The translations under genes and the position numbers were made by a program. Source: an uncultured Planctomycetaceae bacterium (GTDB lineage Bacteria > Planctomycetota > Planctomycetia > Planctomycetales > Planctomycetaceae). From it: a stretch of 64,000 bases of DNA. Below the pieces are notes generated by a model that saw only the letters and a program-made list of their open reading frames with translations, made no database searches and was not told the origin of the DNA. The stretch is taken from NCBI GenBank assembly GCA_963813715.1, contig CAWFAK010000005.1, forward strand, positions 1,344,001-1,408,000. Direction: 5' to 3'. Below are positions 63,223 through 64,000 of this stretch, piece after piece; the stretch's first letter is position 1, and each line of letters opens with the position of its first letter.

Positions 63223-63256
63223 GACGGGGTCGATCTAGTGGATGGACTGGGTTGAT

Positions 63257-63330
63257 GGGTGCCATGCCCACAGCTTTGGGTGGGCATGTCCTGCAATGCA
63301 TGCCCACGCCGAGCCGTGGGCATGGCACCC
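63257..63330. repeat. compound palindromic REP-like element
   Basis: GGGTGCCATGCCCAC..GTGGGCATG..CATGCCCAC..GTGGGCATGGCACCC: nested hairpins with perfect outer arms. Confidence 0.75.
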
Positions 63331-63358
63331 AACCTGTGGATTCAGGCCGGTCGTGCCA

Positions 63359-63910
63359 CTAGTGAGTTTCGGCGGGCGTGCCACGAGAATCCTTGCGATA
63401 CGACCAGAGATACTCGTCGAGGTCGATTTGCAAGGCGTTGTTGAGGACGTTCGTCGCGATCATCATTCCGCCAAACGCGGTGAGCGAGACGATTTGATTG
63501 GGCGCGAACAGCGCGGCGAGTTTGGCGAACTGTTCATCGCTCACCTGATTCGGTTCGCGGGCCAGCTGGCGGCCGTAGTCGAGGACGCACCGTTCACGCT
63601 CATTCAGCATCAGGTTGTCCGGGTCTTCGCCCGCATCGATCAGCAGCCTGCGAAAGAATGTCGAGCAGATCAGGCAATCCGTTTGCGAGGAAATCGCGAA
63701 GGCAAAGAGATTCGTCAGCCGCTCGCCCAAGAATGGCTGCACGTCGTCGCGGAGAGCGTACCACTCCAGCAAGACCCGCAGCGCGACGGGCGAATGCGCC
63801 AAGGTCCGCTTCATATTGGTGACACCGCCACCGGCGGCGACGTGTTGCTCGAGCACTTCCCGGGATTGAGCGGGCAGGTCGGCGTCTGGCAGCATTTGAA
63901 TTCGCGGCAT
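63359..63910 (-). CDS. carboxymuconolactone decarboxylase / AhpD-like protein
   Basis: N...TLAHSP, S..TDCLICS (CxxC) and N..NNAL.I.LD motifs, upstream of the SDR on the same strand. Confidence 0.78.
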   Translation of the reverse strand: MPRIQMLPDADLPAQSREVLEQHVAAGGGVTNMKRTLAHSPVALRVLLEWYALRDDVQPFLGERLTNLFAFAISSQTDCLICSTFFRRLLIDAGEDPDNLMLNERERCVLDYGRQLAREPNQVSDEQFAKLAALFAPNQIVSLTAFGGMMIATNVLNNALQIDLDEYLWSYRKDSRGTPAETH

Positions 63911-64000
63911 GGTCTCGACTTTTACACTGACTGCGTCGCCTTGCTCTGGCGAAGTTGCGCGATGTCGCTGCGATTAAGAATAGCGACTGGCCCGTCGGCC

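Noticed and set aside
1..64000. tRNA, rRNA, prophage or stop-codon reassignment
   Set aside because: No such RNA genes or phage genes recognised by eye. TAA, TAG and TGA all end genes at the expected positions.

Overview
High-GC bacterial DNA, most likely Planctomycetota. The evidence is a LEDRxxLS planctomycete export motif, planctomycete-type lipoproteins, a spdEFG1-type EF-G and planctomycete-style palindromic repeats. Scattered single-base frameshifts, including in fusA and thiG, suggest a long-read or low-coverage assembly. Most of the window is housekeeping or metabolic: glgP, acyl-CoA synthetase, glycosyltransferases, dapA, a ThDP decarboxylase, fusA, ClC, thiS-thiG, pfpI, GDPD and tadA-B-C. 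The best-supported accessory feature is a complete 3,969-bp cargo-carrying transposon at 49025-52993. It has 19-bp terminal inverted repeats, an exact 10-bp target duplication (ACGTGTCCCG), subterminal GTTGTGCA repeats and a SWIM-zinc-finger DDE transposase. It also carries overlapping back-to-back sigma70 promoters, a candidate antisense RNA, and a cargo of a Cdc6/STAND-like ATPase plus small membrane proteins. It is inserted in a cluster of palindromic repeats. Other notable items are an RND efflux-DUF47 operon preceded by four 11-bp-spaced TTAACA-like (Pho-box-like) repeats, a lipoprotein with about 41 Cys, a catalytically degenerate PulE/PilB-like protein and a six-repeat adhesin. I found no tRNA, rRNA or CRISPR array. 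Family assignments come from motif recognition, not database searches.
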